From positions 32,001-96,000 of the forward strand of contig CAXXXF010000002.1 of the NCBI GenBank assembly GCA_963667175.2: DNA of 64,000 nt. The letters are read 5' to 3'. How positions within the stretch are numbered: position 1 is the stretch's first letter; each line of letters begins with the position of its first letter. The notes under the pieces are model-generated. The model saw only the letters and a program-made list of their open reading frames with translations. It made no database searches and was not told the origin of the DNA. The position numbers and the translations under genes are program-made. Below, piece by piece: positions 10,656-20,390 of this stretch. Source of the DNA: Candidatus Latescibacterota bacterium (GTDB taxonomy: Bacteria; Latescibacterota; UBA2968; GCA-2709665).

Positions 10656-11414
10656 TTATAGTTCTTTCAGCTCAGGCCACTTGATTGTTTTTCCGCTTGA
10701 CCTGCCCTCAAGTATCAATCCACCTTGCGCTGCAATCTGTTCGAGAGTTAAACCGGTCAAGATTGGTGCGATGTGCTGTATAAGGTCGCCATGAATGCCC
10801 ACGAAATCTCGTTCTGTATTTTGATCTATTGAAACCCCTGTGGACACCCAGGTCTCTCCATATATCTGGCGGAGTTTCTCGGCGGTTTCCAGCGTGAGAC
10901 GGAATCTCTCCTGGTTATCACAAATCTCGCGCTCAATGACAATCCAGGGGGTTTCAGTTCGCCATCGAGGTGGCTCAGGCGACTCGAATAAGCGAATCGC
11001 TCGTCCTGCGAGAGCCTTATACTCTCTTACCTCCTGTCCCCGTAGGCCGTAAGAAATCCCGAATTTGACAGCGATATCCTGTATGGCATCGGTAAATGGT
11101 TGCTGCTTTTTTTGGAAGTGACATTCAATATTGCCCTCCGTTCGACAAAGAAAGTCGCAAACGGGCTGTTTTTCGAGACCTTCCCTGCCAACGACATCGA
11201 CATAGCTGAGGACAGCATTGCCTCCCGGCGCCAGGTCCACAGATTCCGCGATGAGTTTTCCTGGATTCTCATTGGTGATCCGGTCAACAATACTGTCATC
11301 TCTTGTCAAATCATCGAGAAGGTCAGATTCTTCGTGCCGATGGAGGAAAGTATTAATACCGACCCTCGCTCCATCCCCAGTTAATCGCCGAACCCGGTGA
11401 GCGGAGAGATACAT
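10656..11414 (-). CDS. Hypothetical protein (252 aa), third gene of an AT-richer module
   Basis: Uninterrupted ORF; its ATG overlaps the upstream stop (TGATG at 11412-11416) and follows GGAGG. Confidence 0.75.
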   Translation of the reverse strand: MYLSAHRVRRLTGDGARVGINTFLHRHEESDLLDDLTRDDSIVDRITNENPGKLIAESVDLAPGGNAVLSYVDVVGREGLEKQPVCDFLCRTEGNIECHFQKKQQPFTDAIQDIAVKFGISYGLRGQEVREYKALAGRAIRLFESPEPPRWRTETPWIVIEREICDNQERFRLTLETAEKLRQIYGETWVSTGVSIDQNTERDFVGIHGDLIQHIAPILTGLTLEQIAAQGGLILEGRSSGKTIKWPELKEL

Positions 11415-11701
11415 CAGGCCACCTCCCTTAGCGCAATAACTGACTCGCCGGAATCAGGGATTTTGTGGATTTTTCCGTCAACCCAACCGCTACTCGAAAT
11501 CTTTCCACTGCTGTCGCGAATCAGTGACTGCGTACCTTCGCTGTACAGTAATTGCTGTTCCTTTTCGCTCAGTTCGTACCAGACCTTCTCCATAGCATCC
11601 AGAATGGTTTCTTCTTCTTCAGACTCAAAACCTGCATGCTGCCACCGGATGTAAATGAGGTCCTGTTCTAAGGAACGATATCGCACTAAAGCTTCACTCA
11701 T
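11414..11701 (-). CDS. Small acidic helical protein (95 aa), putative antitoxin/immunity protein
   Basis: Coupled to both neighbours; Glu-rich ESEEEETILDAMEKVWYEL. Function inferred from position only. Confidence 0.65.
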   Translation of the reverse strand: MSEALVRYRSLEQDLIYIRWQHAGFESEEEETILDAMEKVWYELSEKEQQLLYSEGTQSLIRDSSGKISSSGWVDGKIHKIPDSGESVIALREVA

Positions 11702-12092
11702 GGCGTTTCACCCAATCTTCTCTCGTACCATGCAGATCTCGCTCATATTCAGAGAAAAAACAGCACGTCGACGGTTCAACTAACGCGTGAGTTTGTCGGT
11801 CTTTACGAAGAACCAAAGAATAAGGCAAATCTTCCACGCAAAAGGAAAAAACAGGATCCCGGCCCTCACCACCAAGGGATTTGGGCAGCCTTGACTTCGG
11901 TAGTTGCCCAACTGTATCCGGCGTTACGGACATTCCTCCAGTCATTGGGCGTACTTTGCAATTGTCAATCTTGATGTCGGCGAACTGTCCGCTGGTGCGA
12001 ACCCCCAATGTTCTTCCTGAACGTCCTGCGAGAGGCCTGCCATCTGCATCCTCTTTCATTGCTCGGAAGACAACCCGAGGGTTTTTCTTCAT
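11694..12092 (-). CDS. Tse2-like ADP-ribosyltransferase-fold protein (putative toxin)
   Basis: VFRAM (Arg), GGMSV (Ser) and HALVEP (His) occur in the order of the Tse2 R-S-H triad; recognised by eye. Confidence 0.6.
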   Translation of the reverse strand: MKKNPRVVFRAMKEDADGRPLAGRSGRTLGVRTSGQFADIKIDNCKVRPMTGGMSVTPDTVGQLPKSRLPKSLGGEGRDPVFSFCVEDLPYSLVLRKDRQTHALVEPSTCCFFSEYERDLHGTREDWVKRHE

Positions 12093-12213
12093 CCAGCAAG
12101 TCCTTTACGCCAGCGCTATTGATCATCTTCATAGGCAAGTGACATATATGAAAAAATAGCCATATATTCCAACTTCGTCAAGCGGTGCCCAACATTTCAT
12201 CCAAAATGCCAGT

Positions 12214-12906
12214 TTAACCCAATTCAACTCCAACGGCGCCAACCCTGTATTGATTCCCGTCCTGCGGCGTCTCCCCGATCACAATATTGAAGTTCGCCGT
12301 TAATTCTCCAATTTCCGATCCGGGCAGCGGCTTGAATGGAACTGCCAGCAGATCGTGTGACGCGCGGCCGGATCTCCGGAATATGGAGTCTCTCTCGTTG
12401 TCCGGGTTCCCCTTTACGTACATCTGCGTCGTCAGAACACGGCGGCCGCTCCGGTTAATCGCAAAATGGATGTGCGCGGCCCGTGCCCCCGAATACCTGA
12501 CAGGCTTGATCGTCCGAAAGCGGTATTCCCCCGTGGACCCGGTTTCGAATCGGCCGAAACCCTGAAAGTTCCGGTCCCGCCTGTTTCTCCCCCGGGCTTC
12601 GGTATGCAAATAGACGCCGTTACTGTCCACCTGCCAGATCTCTACAACGGCATTCTTAACGGGCTTCCCGCTTACATCGACGACGCGCCCGGTCAGATGC
12701 GTGATTTCTCCCACGGCCGGCGTTATCGCGTCGTTGATGATCAATAGATCGTTATCGACGTCCAGCGGCAGCCGGTCCGGATAGAAGGGCCCCTCGGTCT
12801 GCCACGGAGTTCGCACGAGTTGCTCGGCAAAAGCCCCGGGCGTTACAAACGCCGATACACCCAGCGCGCCTGCCTGACACAGAAAGCGCCTGCGATCAAT
12901 CGACAT
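12214..12906 (-). CDS. Tat-exported intradiol ring-cleavage dioxygenase (protocatechuate 3,4-dioxygenase beta-like)
   Basis: MSIDRRRFL Tat signal; EGPFY, VEIWQVDSNGVY, TIKPVRY and AHIH iron-ligand motifs. Confidence 0.85.
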   Translation of the reverse strand: MSIDRRRFLCQAGALGVSAFVTPGAFAEQLVRTPWQTEGPFYPDRLPLDVDNDLLIINDAITPAVGEITHLTGRVVDVSGKPVKNAVVEIWQVDSNGVYLHTEARGRNRRDRNFQGFGRFETGSTGEYRFRTIKPVRYSGARAAHIHFAINRSGRRVLTTQMYVKGNPDNERDSIFRRSGRASHDLLAVPFKPLPGSEIGELTANFNIVIGETPQDGNQYRVGAVGVELG

Positions 12907-12963
12907 CGCGGTCTCCGTACGAGATGAATTTCCTTTCGAATGCCGCCCCCTGGACCCCACGTC

Positions 12964-14214
12964 CTAATGATTATAGATCAGGTTCAGTTCGACGAAACTG
13001 TCTCTCCGGCTGGCGTAGGAAAGATCCGCAGGGTCGACGTCGAGAAGGGCGATTGCCTCGAGGCGCACGGAGAACCTGCCGGAAATCCTCCGGTTCAATT
13101 CGAACGTCAACACGCGTGTGGTCGTGTCGAAATCGTCCATCATGCTTCCGAGCGCCTCGGTGCTCCGGACGTCGTTGAACGCGAGGCGGGCTGCAAGGAA
13201 GAGGTCGTTCTGAAAGATATTCGTCGCATTCCGGCCGCGCCCGTCGTAGTTCCATTCTCCAATCAGGCTCAGATCTGCCGCCGAGCCGATTACGGAATAG
13301 AACGTATACTCGCCGCCCATCGTGGACGCAACGTACTCCACCTCCACGCCACGCCGGTCCCGGGCGCCCGCGCGGCCGAGCGCCTCGATCTTGAACAGCC
13401 AGGATCCGGACGTCAATTGGGCGTCCAGTCCGACCTGCCGGATCCGCTCGTATTGGGGCAACAGGACCGGCAAACCCTTTCGGTCGACGTCCGGCAATAG
13501 CAGAGGATCCCGGCTGTTGCCATCGAAACCGCTGATCCCCACGTCCATATTTCCGGCGCTTCGACTGTAGCGCACGGCAACGTCCGGATGCCACCGCCCG
13601 GCGTCACTCTCATACGAAACCCGTTCATTGTCCACGATAAGCGGGAAACGCAGGCGGCCGGAACGCCCAGGAAAGGTGCGGGGACGGTGTCCGGTCATTC
13701 CGAACATTTCCACCGCCCCCCAGTCGCCTGACAACGTGAGATGGACCATGGGCTGGCCCAGCGTGGGCTCTTTGTACGGGTGTTCCACAAGGTCGATCTG
13801 GTTGACAATATTCACCAGGCGGCGGGACTCGGTCACGCCCCAGAAGACCCGGTCGACGCCCAGGCGCACTTCCCATTCCTGATTCCTGACCTCGCCGAAG
13901 AAAAGGAAACAGGCTTCGCGCAGGTCCACGTGGGTGCGCCGTTTGTCCCCGGCGTCGAAGCGGAAGAACGGCGCCAGGGTAAAACTTCTGCCCCGGACGT
14001 CCTCGACGTAGAGCTTGGGCTCGGCGACGATGCCGCTGCCGTGCGCGCGCTGCCCGGAATGGGCGCCCGTCTTTGGAAACCAGCGGCCTTCCACGCTCAG
14101 GCGCCCGGAGATCTCCCCTGTTTCGATCTGGGCAACGACGTTTCCGGAAAATACCGGGGCAAGAATCCAGGCGGCAGCGAGCGGCACGCAGCGGAGAATC
14201 ATACGGATTGGCAT
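12964..14214 (-). CDS. Outer-membrane beta-barrel protein (porin-like, MMPL-associated)
   Basis: Signal peptide, alternating beta-strand pattern, VFWGVTES motif, aromatic-ending last strand. Confidence 0.7.
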   Translation of the reverse strand: MPIRMILRCVPLAAAWILAPVFSGNVVAQIETGEISGRLSVEGRWFPKTGAHSGQRAHGSGIVAEPKLYVEDVRGRSFTLAPFFRFDAGDKRRTHVDLREACFLFFGEVRNQEWEVRLGVDRVFWGVTESRRLVNIVNQIDLVEHPYKEPTLGQPMVHLTLSGDWGAVEMFGMTGHRPRTFPGRSGRLRFPLIVDNERVSYESDAGRWHPDVAVRYSRSAGNMDVGISGFDGNSRDPLLLPDVDRKGLPVLLPQYERIRQVGLDAQLTSGSWLFKIEALGRAGARDRRGVEVEYVASTMGGEYTFYSVIGSAADLSLIGEWNYDGRGRNATNIFQNDLFLAARLAFNDVRSTEALGSMMDDFDTTTRVLTFELNRRISGRFSVRLEAIALLDVDPADLSYASRRDSFVELNLIYNH

Positions 14215-15041
14215 CAGCGAACCCGCTTCAGCCCGGTTTTTGTGAAGTCCCTGGCCTGGAGATCGGTACCGAACCGATAGTCCGTCCAGGTCAGGACCGT
14301 ACTCTTTCCGGTCAGATGATTGACCATGGTCATCACGCCCGCGCGCCAGTAACGATCCAGGTGTTGCTCGTAGTTCTCCAGGGTAAGCGTCTTAAGATGC
14401 GCGTCCTTCCGGTCATAGTACTCTACTTTCCAGGCTCGAAGTTCGTCCCTGTCGCGCCATACCACCTGGCGGCTGTAGCCCGATTTTTTATCGGTCGGCA
14501 GGCGTTCCGTAACCGAACACGTCAAGTCGCCGCAGGGCTCGTCCCGGAGGTAGCGGTAGCTGAATTTTTCCACGGCCTGCGCGGTCATATCTTCATAGGC
14601 GAATTCGCTGCCCATAAAGGAACCTGAGCGGTTCGAAGAACTGATGCGCTTGACGCGTTTCAGAGCCGGCAGGTAAAGCCACTGATCGTCGGCGCTTTCC
14701 CTGTGGGCATGCACGAGCAATGCCGTACCCCGCACGTCGCGCGGTTCGTCGAAGACAAACAGGCTCTTGTCGCCGTCTTCCTGCGCCTCAAGGACCTTTA
14801 CCCTGAGCTGGCGACGGCTCTCCTGCCCGTGTCTGTTCCGCAGGACCATGGCCTGCTGCGCTGTAAAGTTCCCGAATCCTTCCTCCCGGGCGCGGGCGTC
14901 CCTGGCGATGTTCAGGCCGATATCCTCGGGCGTCGCCGTTTCGGAATGCGCCGGTGTTACCAGAAAGATGCAAATGAAGACACACAGAGCGTGCGCAGGA
15001 AACGAAACCCTGGAGCGTGCGGTAAGACGTGTGAAACCCAT
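14214..15041 (-). CDS. Outer membrane lipoprotein-sorting protein (LolA-like)
   Basis: PRDVRGTALL, DDQWLYLPALKRVKRI and SFMGSEFAYED motifs. Confidence 0.88.
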   Translation of the reverse strand: MGFTRLTARSRVSFPAHALCVFICIFLVTPAHSETATPEDIGLNIARDARAREEGFGNFTAQQAMVLRNRHGQESRRQLRVKVLEAQEDGDKSLFVFDEPRDVRGTALLVHAHRESADDQWLYLPALKRVKRISSSNRSGSFMGSEFAYEDMTAQAVEKFSYRYLRDEPCGDLTCSVTERLPTDKKSGYSRQVVWRDRDELRAWKVEYYDRKDAHLKTLTLENYEQHLDRYWRAGVMTMVNHLTGKSTVLTWTDYRFGTDLQARDFTKTGLKRVR

Positions 15042-15161
15042 GAGTTTCTCCGGTCAGTGGGGTGAATCAGACACGTTCTGCCCGTTCGAACTTCAATCTG
15101 TCAACGATTCGAGACTGTCGGGAATTTCGTTCTTCCATGGAATATCACAAGGTCTGAAGAT

Positions 15162-17459
15162 TCAGGAATTGTGGTCTTTCCTGTCAATCGCCATCAGCAA
15201 TGGGGGAAGCAGCAGAAAGTCAGCGACCAGCGCGAAGATGATCGTGATTGTTACCAGAAGGCCGAGCGCCCAACTCACCTGGAACCCCGACGTGGCGAAC
15301 ACCAGAAAACCCGCCGACAGAACCGCGGTGGTCGTCCACAAGGCATGTCCCACGGTTCGGAACGAGTACCGAACGGCATCGGGCGCGGAGTGACCCTCGC
15401 GTCGGGCTTTCAGATACTTGCTCAGAAAGTGGATCGTATCGTCCACGACAATCCCGAAGACCACGGCGATGACCACCGACGAGGCGATGCCGACGTTGCC
15501 TGCGAGATAGCCCCACAGCCCGAAACTCATGATCGCCGGGATGAAGTTCGGCAGCAGACTCAGGAGCCCGATGCGTACGCTCTTGAATATCCAGATCAGA
15601 ATAAACGATATGAGCGCCATGGCCAGGATCGTTCCCCGCAGCATGCTCTTGATGTTCCGGAGCGACAGGTGGGCAAACACAATGCTCAGGCCCGACGCCT
15701 CCTGCGAGAACGCCGGTGCATTGGTGCGAAGCCAGGCCTGCGCGCGCTGGTCGAGTTCACGCAAATCGCGTGACCACGCGTTCCTCGTGGTCACGACCAT
15801 TCGGGTAGCGGACTTTGCGACGTCGATGCGATCATTGAGATCGCTTCCGAACGGCAACGAGAGTTCGTAGAGCAGCAGGTATTGCGCCGCGAGGTCGGGA
15901 TCTTCCGGCAGGCGATGAAAAGCCGGATCGTCTCCGTGCATGTTCATGTTGAGCCGTTTCATGACGTCCGAAAACACCTGGACGTGCGTCACCTCGGGTT
16001 GCTCCCTGTACCATCTGGCGAAAGCGTCGATCCGGCGCAGATACTCGGGGTCGGTGATACCGCCTTCCCGCCCCGCGTTCAGAGAATATTCCAGCTTGTC
16101 CAGCCCGGTCAGATTCTCGATGATATAGTCCGTATCGCGCCGGAACTCGTAGCGGTCGTCGAAATACTGCGCCATATTGTCGCTCAGTTCGATCCGGAAA
16201 ATGCCCAAAGACAGGCAGGCGACCACCAATATCAGAACCGCCAGCAGGAATTTGCGGCAGGCGATGACGACGTCGGCGAAACGGTCGAGCAGGTCGGTAC
16301 CCTGAGACCTGCGGGCAGATACGCGCAGGGGCAAGACGGACAATAGCGCCGGGAGAAGCGTGATCGAGTAGACAAGCGCACAGAGGACGCCGAACGCAAC
16401 ATAGTTGCCCAGAATATGGAAAGGCGGCGAATCCGAGGCATTCAGGCTGAGGAATCCGATCGCGGTCGTAACCGAGGTAATGAATACCGGATAGATATTG
16501 ATGCGAAATGACTCGGCAATCGCCGCGTTCCTGGCCAGGCCGCGCCTCATTCCCAACAGAACACTCGTGACAATATGGATGGCGTCGGCCATGGCGATCA
16601 CCATGACGATTATCGGTATCCCCGCGTTTGTAGGGCTGAATACCACACGGCCCCAGCCGGCGAATCCCATGGTGGTATTGATGACAAACACAATCACGGC
16701 GACGATCGCCACGGTGCTGAGGACAGAGCGCAGAAGGACAATCGTTGCGCCTATTATAATCACGAACACGATCGGCGTGAGGGTCCGCATGTCGTCCTGT
16801 GTGGCATCGGAGAAAGTCCTGTTCATGACGACGTCGCCGGTGAGGTGGTAGGCGAACTGCGGATGCTGCACCCGGGCCTGATTCAGAAGCGCAACCAGAT
16901 AGTCGGTTATTTCGATGACGGCCTGGTCCGGATTTTCCGGCAGAACGAAGTTTACGGCAACACCGGCTGTGCGTCCGTCGTGGGAAACCAGGCGTCCGGC
17001 GATTTCGACGGCGTCCAGCGCGGTCTTTTCGATTCGCGCCAGATCGGCGTCGCTCAGCCCCTGCGTATCCTCCACAAGCGGCGCCACGACAAGCTCATCC
17101 TCGAACGCCTCGCTGTGGGTATAGTTGCTGAGGGAGTTGACGCGGCTGGAGTACGGGGCGCGCCACGCGGCATCGGTCAACTCCACAACCGCGCCGAGAC
17201 CTTCGCGCGTGAACACGGCGCCCTCTTTGGGGGTAATGGCAATCAACGCCGCGTTGGAGGTGGAGTAGGTGTTCTCCAACGCATCGAAAGCGAGGAGCTG
17301 CGGATTGTCTTCGCTGAAAAGTACGCGGTAGTCGTTTGTCACCGTGATGAAACGAGCGCCGGCCGTCATGGCGGCCATGAGCAGCGTCGCCAGCACGAGC
17401 ACAATCCACCGGTAGCGCAGAATGCTATCTATGTATCGATCCAGGAGCGCAAGAGTCAT
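15162..17459 (-). CDS. MMPL/RND family transporter
   Basis: Two-fold repeat with about 12 TM segments; GIVVDDTIHF, ADAIH and TSVTTAIGFLSL motifs. Confidence 0.92.
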   Translation of the reverse strand: MTLALLDRYIDSILRYRWIVLVLATLLMAAMTAGARFITVTNDYRVLFSEDNPQLLAFDALENTYSTSNAALIAITPKEGAVFTREGLGAVVELTDAAWRAPYSSRVNSLSNYTHSEAFEDELVVAPLVEDTQGLSDADLARIEKTALDAVEIAGRLVSHDGRTAGVAVNFVLPENPDQAVIEITDYLVALLNQARVQHPQFAYHLTGDVVMNRTFSDATQDDMRTLTPIVFVIIIGATIVLLRSVLSTVAIVAVIVFVINTTMGFAGWGRVVFSPTNAGIPIIVMVIAMADAIHIVTSVLLGMRRGLARNAAIAESFRINIYPVFITSVTTAIGFLSLNASDSPPFHILGNYVAFGVLCALVYSITLLPALLSVLPLRVSARRSQGTDLLDRFADVVIACRKFLLAVLILVVACLSLGIFRIELSDNMAQYFDDRYEFRRDTDYIIENLTGLDKLEYSLNAGREGGITDPEYLRRIDAFARWYREQPEVTHVQVFSDVMKRLNMNMHGDDPAFHRLPEDPDLAAQYLLLYELSLPFGSDLNDRIDVAKSATRMVVTTRNAWSRDLRELDQRAQAWLRTNAPAFSQEASGLSIVFAHLSLRNIKSMLRGTILAMALISFILIWIFKSVRIGLLSLLPNFIPAIMSFGLWGYLAGNVGIASSVVIAVVFGIVVDDTIHFLSKYLKARREGHSAPDAVRYSFRTVGHALWTTTAVLSAGFLVFATSGFQVSWALGLLVTITIIFALVADFLLLPPLLMAIDRKDHNS

Positions 17460-17619
17460 CGCCGCTCCCAATCCCGTCCGGAAGCGGCGATGACCTCAAC
17501 GCCGGTTACAGACGACCGTGTCAACACCGGTATATTCAGAGAAGTTCGTCCCATTCAGACTATCGTTCTCCGGCTAACGACTCGCCGGCGGAGGTCGCAA
17601 TCCCCGGCGCCGGCATCGA

Positions 17620-18792
17620 TCAATACGGGGCCGACTTCGATGACTGGACGTGATCGGGCATCCGGTAGCTCATTCCGCCCAGACCGGCCTCATCGTACAC
17701 CGAAATCTCGAGCATCTGCGTGAAATTTTCCGATCGGATCGACTGCTTGCTCTTCAGCAGATGCTGAAAGCGCTGTTTCAGCCGATACGCCAACAGTACC
17801 CCGAATGTATTGGTTCTTGGAAATTGCAGTTGGTCCGCCAGTTTGTTTCCGATCAGTGATCTGGACAGGCGGTAAGCCAGGGCTTTCACGTCTCGCTGCT
17901 CATCGGGGTCTTCGATACCCGCGGTCAGAGGAATGGCTTCGACCAGAGCGTTCGCCATCGTGGCCGAATCGTGATCCGGTTCCGGTTCGCACATCAGGGC
18001 GATCTTGAATATCTCCCTGGCTTGCGCTTCATCGGTAAACAGGATGGAGTGAGGCACACCCATCACGTGACCGGCGTACCGCCAGATCCGGATGATGCTG
18101 TCTCTCTCCTCCAGGTTAAAGGTAGCCCCCACGGAAGTCGAGTGTTGCAGCAAGCGCATGGAGAAGACAGTCATGGCAAAACCGAGGTGCGCCGCACTCA
18201 ACGGAATCCCCCACGCTTCGGTATTCCACTCGTCGGAATGCGCCAGCAGATGCCTCACCCGTGCGTGGACGAACCGAAGGCGCATGGACAGCTTCCAGCC
18301 GTCCCCGTCTCTCCGCAAGCCCCCCGGGAAGAACAGTTCCAGGAGATGGCGGTTGTTCTGCATCAGGCGCCTTCTTGCGGTCGAACGGTTCAACACGCGC
18401 CCGGTCGTCGCGAATGATTTCGCGATCATGGTCGCAAACCCTTCGATCAGTACGCCCGTGACGAATCCGACAAGAATATTTGTCGTATTCAAATGAAAGG
18501 CGCGCATCCCGGATCGGAAGGATTCGTAATCGAACCACGGGGGATCTTCGAGATTGTCGAAGAAATCGCGCATCGACTGAGGGGCATCGCGAAAGGCGTC
18601 GTCGTCCTGGTCGATGCCCGCCTTGATGAATCGGTGCAGTTCCTGAGGAGGCAGGGAGGCGACGTCATCCATAACCGGATCGAGCGCCGGGTCGCCGACG
18701 GTCGTGTGCCGGATATAGTTGTCGGCAAGCGCCTGATCGTATTGGCGGGCTTTCGGGTAGCCGTCAATATATGCGGAAGGGACCGTTAAGAT
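17620..18792 (-). CDS. MpaB/DUF2236 family oxygenase; probable start upstream of ORF call
   Basis: RFVHARVR, WGIPLS and WRYAGHVMGV motifs; frame stays open and protein-like up to ATC 18792 after AAGGAG (first ATG is at 18672). Confidence 0.8.
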   Translation of the reverse strand: MLTVPSAYIDGYPKARQYDQALADNYIRHTTVGDPALDPVMDDVASLPPQELHRFIKAGIDQDDDAFRDAPQSMRDFFDNLEDPPWFDYESFRSGMRAFHLNTTNILVGFVTGVLIEGFATMIAKSFATTGRVLNRSTARRRLMQNNRHLLELFFPGGLRRDGDGWKLSMRLRFVHARVRHLLAHSDEWNTEAWGIPLSAAHLGFAMTVFSMRLLQHSTSVGATFNLEERDSIIRIWRYAGHVMGVPHSILFTDEAQAREIFKIALMCEPEPDHDSATMANALVEAIPLTAGIEDPDEQRDVKALAYRLSRSLIGNKLADQLQFPRTNTFGVLLAYRLKQRFQHLLKSKQSIRSENFTQMLEISVYDEAGLGGMSYRMPDHVQSSKSAPY

Positions 18793-19147
18793 GCCGATTT
18801 CTCCTTACGATGTCTTCAACGCGCTCCCGAACCCGCCGGCAGAATTGCCCTTGTTGGCCTAAATCCGCCGGCTCGAAAAGTTCAACCGGACAATCACTTA
18901 ATCTAATACAAAAACACTGAAATATAGCGGCCAATTGCTGCAAAGTCAACAGCATTCATTCGATCAATCCGCCTGGTTTCGGCCATGTACCGAACCCTGG
19001 TCCGATGGCGTCATCCGCAGACCAAACAGACTCCGTTTCCTTTATCAATGCCTGCCATGGCATGCAAGAAACCGGGTCGAAATCGAAAGAGAACCCCATG
19101 TTGCAACGGGAAAGATTCCCAATATCAGGCTGATTCAAAATTAATTC

Positions 19148-19176
19148 TTGACATAGCCTGATACACGCGTTAGTTT
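19148..19176 (+). promoter_or_regulatory. Sigma70-like promoter, probably leaderless
   Basis: TTGACA-17 nt-TAGTTT ending 5 nt before ATG 19182; no SD. Confidence 0.5.
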
Positions 19177-19181
19177 TTGGT

Positions 19182-20390
19182 ATGATCACACGCGATCTGA
19201 CGCCAAGACTCGAAAAGTCTGCGCGCACGTTCCCCTCCATTACACTTACCGGCCCGCGGCAAAGTGGAAAAACGACACTTTGCAGGGCCATATTTCCCGA
19301 TCATCGATACACAACCCTGGAGTCTCCTGACGTTCGCGCATTCGCTGCGGAAGATCCACGGGCCTTTCTGGCTCAGTTTCCGGACGGCGCCATCATCGAC
19401 GAGGTGCAACGGGCGCCCGCACTGCTTTCCTACCTGCAGGGAATTATCGACGATGACCCGGCGCCCGGACGCTGGGTCCTGACGGGATCGCAGAACCTCG
19501 CCCTGCTGGCGTCGGTAAGCCAGTCGTTAGCCGGAAGGACCGCGGTGTACTATCTGTTGCCGCTCACCCGCGGCGAAGTCGAGCGATTTCCCCGGTTCCC
19601 TGAGAATCTGGAAGAAACCCTCTTTACGGGTTCATATCCACGCATATTCGACGATGGCCCGGATCCATCCGACTGGATCCGTTCGTACGTTGCCACCTAT
19701 ATCGAACGCGACGTGCGGACGATCACCAACGTGGGAGACCTGGGTACATTCCAACGATTTCTCGAATTATGCGCCGGCCGGACGGCGCAGTTGCTGAACC
19801 TCTCCTCCGTCGCCGACGACTGCGGGATTTCCCAGCCAACCGCAAAGGCCTGGTTAAGCATACTTGAAACCGGCTTTATCACCTTCAGGCTGCCGGCATT
19901 TCACGCCAATCTTCGCAAGCGCCTCGTAAAAATGCCCAAACTGCACTTCTACGACGCGGGGCTCGTCTGCTGGCTGCTCGGTATCCGCACCCCTGAACAG
20001 TTAAGGAATCATCCTCTGCGCGGCCCTATTTTCGAGACATGGGTCGTCTCGGAAATCGCAAAGCACCGAAACAACCAGGGTGAAACGGGTGGTCTGTCGT
20101 TTTACCGGGACCGAAACGGGGCGGAGGCCGACCTGATTATCGAGCATCCGTCCCGCATCGTGCTCGTGGAGTCCAAGTCCGCCAATACGCCGTCGTCGAG
20201 TCTGTTTGACAGCACCGGTCGCGTCCAAAAACATCTCACCCGGTTACCCTTGCCAAGTTCCGTCTTCGTCGCGTACGGTGGTAACGAACACCAGCGTCGA
20301 GCGCGGGGCACCCTTGTTCCATGGCGCGACCTCCACGAAGCGGCGTTTCAGATCAACCGATCAGCAGGCGAAACTGCGAAGGTTCGGTGA
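19182..20390 (+). CDS. AAA_14 ATPase with DUF4143 and C-terminal PD-(D/E)XK-like domain
   Basis: GPRQSGKTT Walker A, IIDEVQ Walker B, LTGSQ, KMPKLHFYDAGL, EADLI...VESK. Confidence 0.92.
   Translation: MITRDLTPRLEKSARTFPSITLTGPRQSGKTTLCRAIFPDHRYTTLESPDVRAFAAEDPRAFLAQFPDGAIIDEVQRAPALLSYLQGIIDDDPAPGRWVLTGSQNLALLASVSQSLAGRTAVYYLLPLTRGEVERFPRFPENLEETLFTGSYPRIFDDGPDPSDWIRSYVATYIERDVRTITNVGDLGTFQRFLELCAGRTAQLLNLSSVADDCGISQPTAKAWLSILETGFITFRLPAFHANLRKRLVKMPKLHFYDAGLVCWLLGIRTPEQLRNHPLRGPIFETWVVSEIAKHRNNQGETGGLSFYRDRNGAEADLIIEHPSRIVLVESKSANTPSSSLFDSTGRVQKHLTRLPLPSSVFVAYGGNEHQRRARGTLVPWRDLHEAAFQINRSAGETAKVR

Noticed and set aside
18800-19147. Short ORFs or ncRNA in the AT-richer spacer
   Set aside because: No RBS, motif or convincing structure; probably a divergent promoter region.
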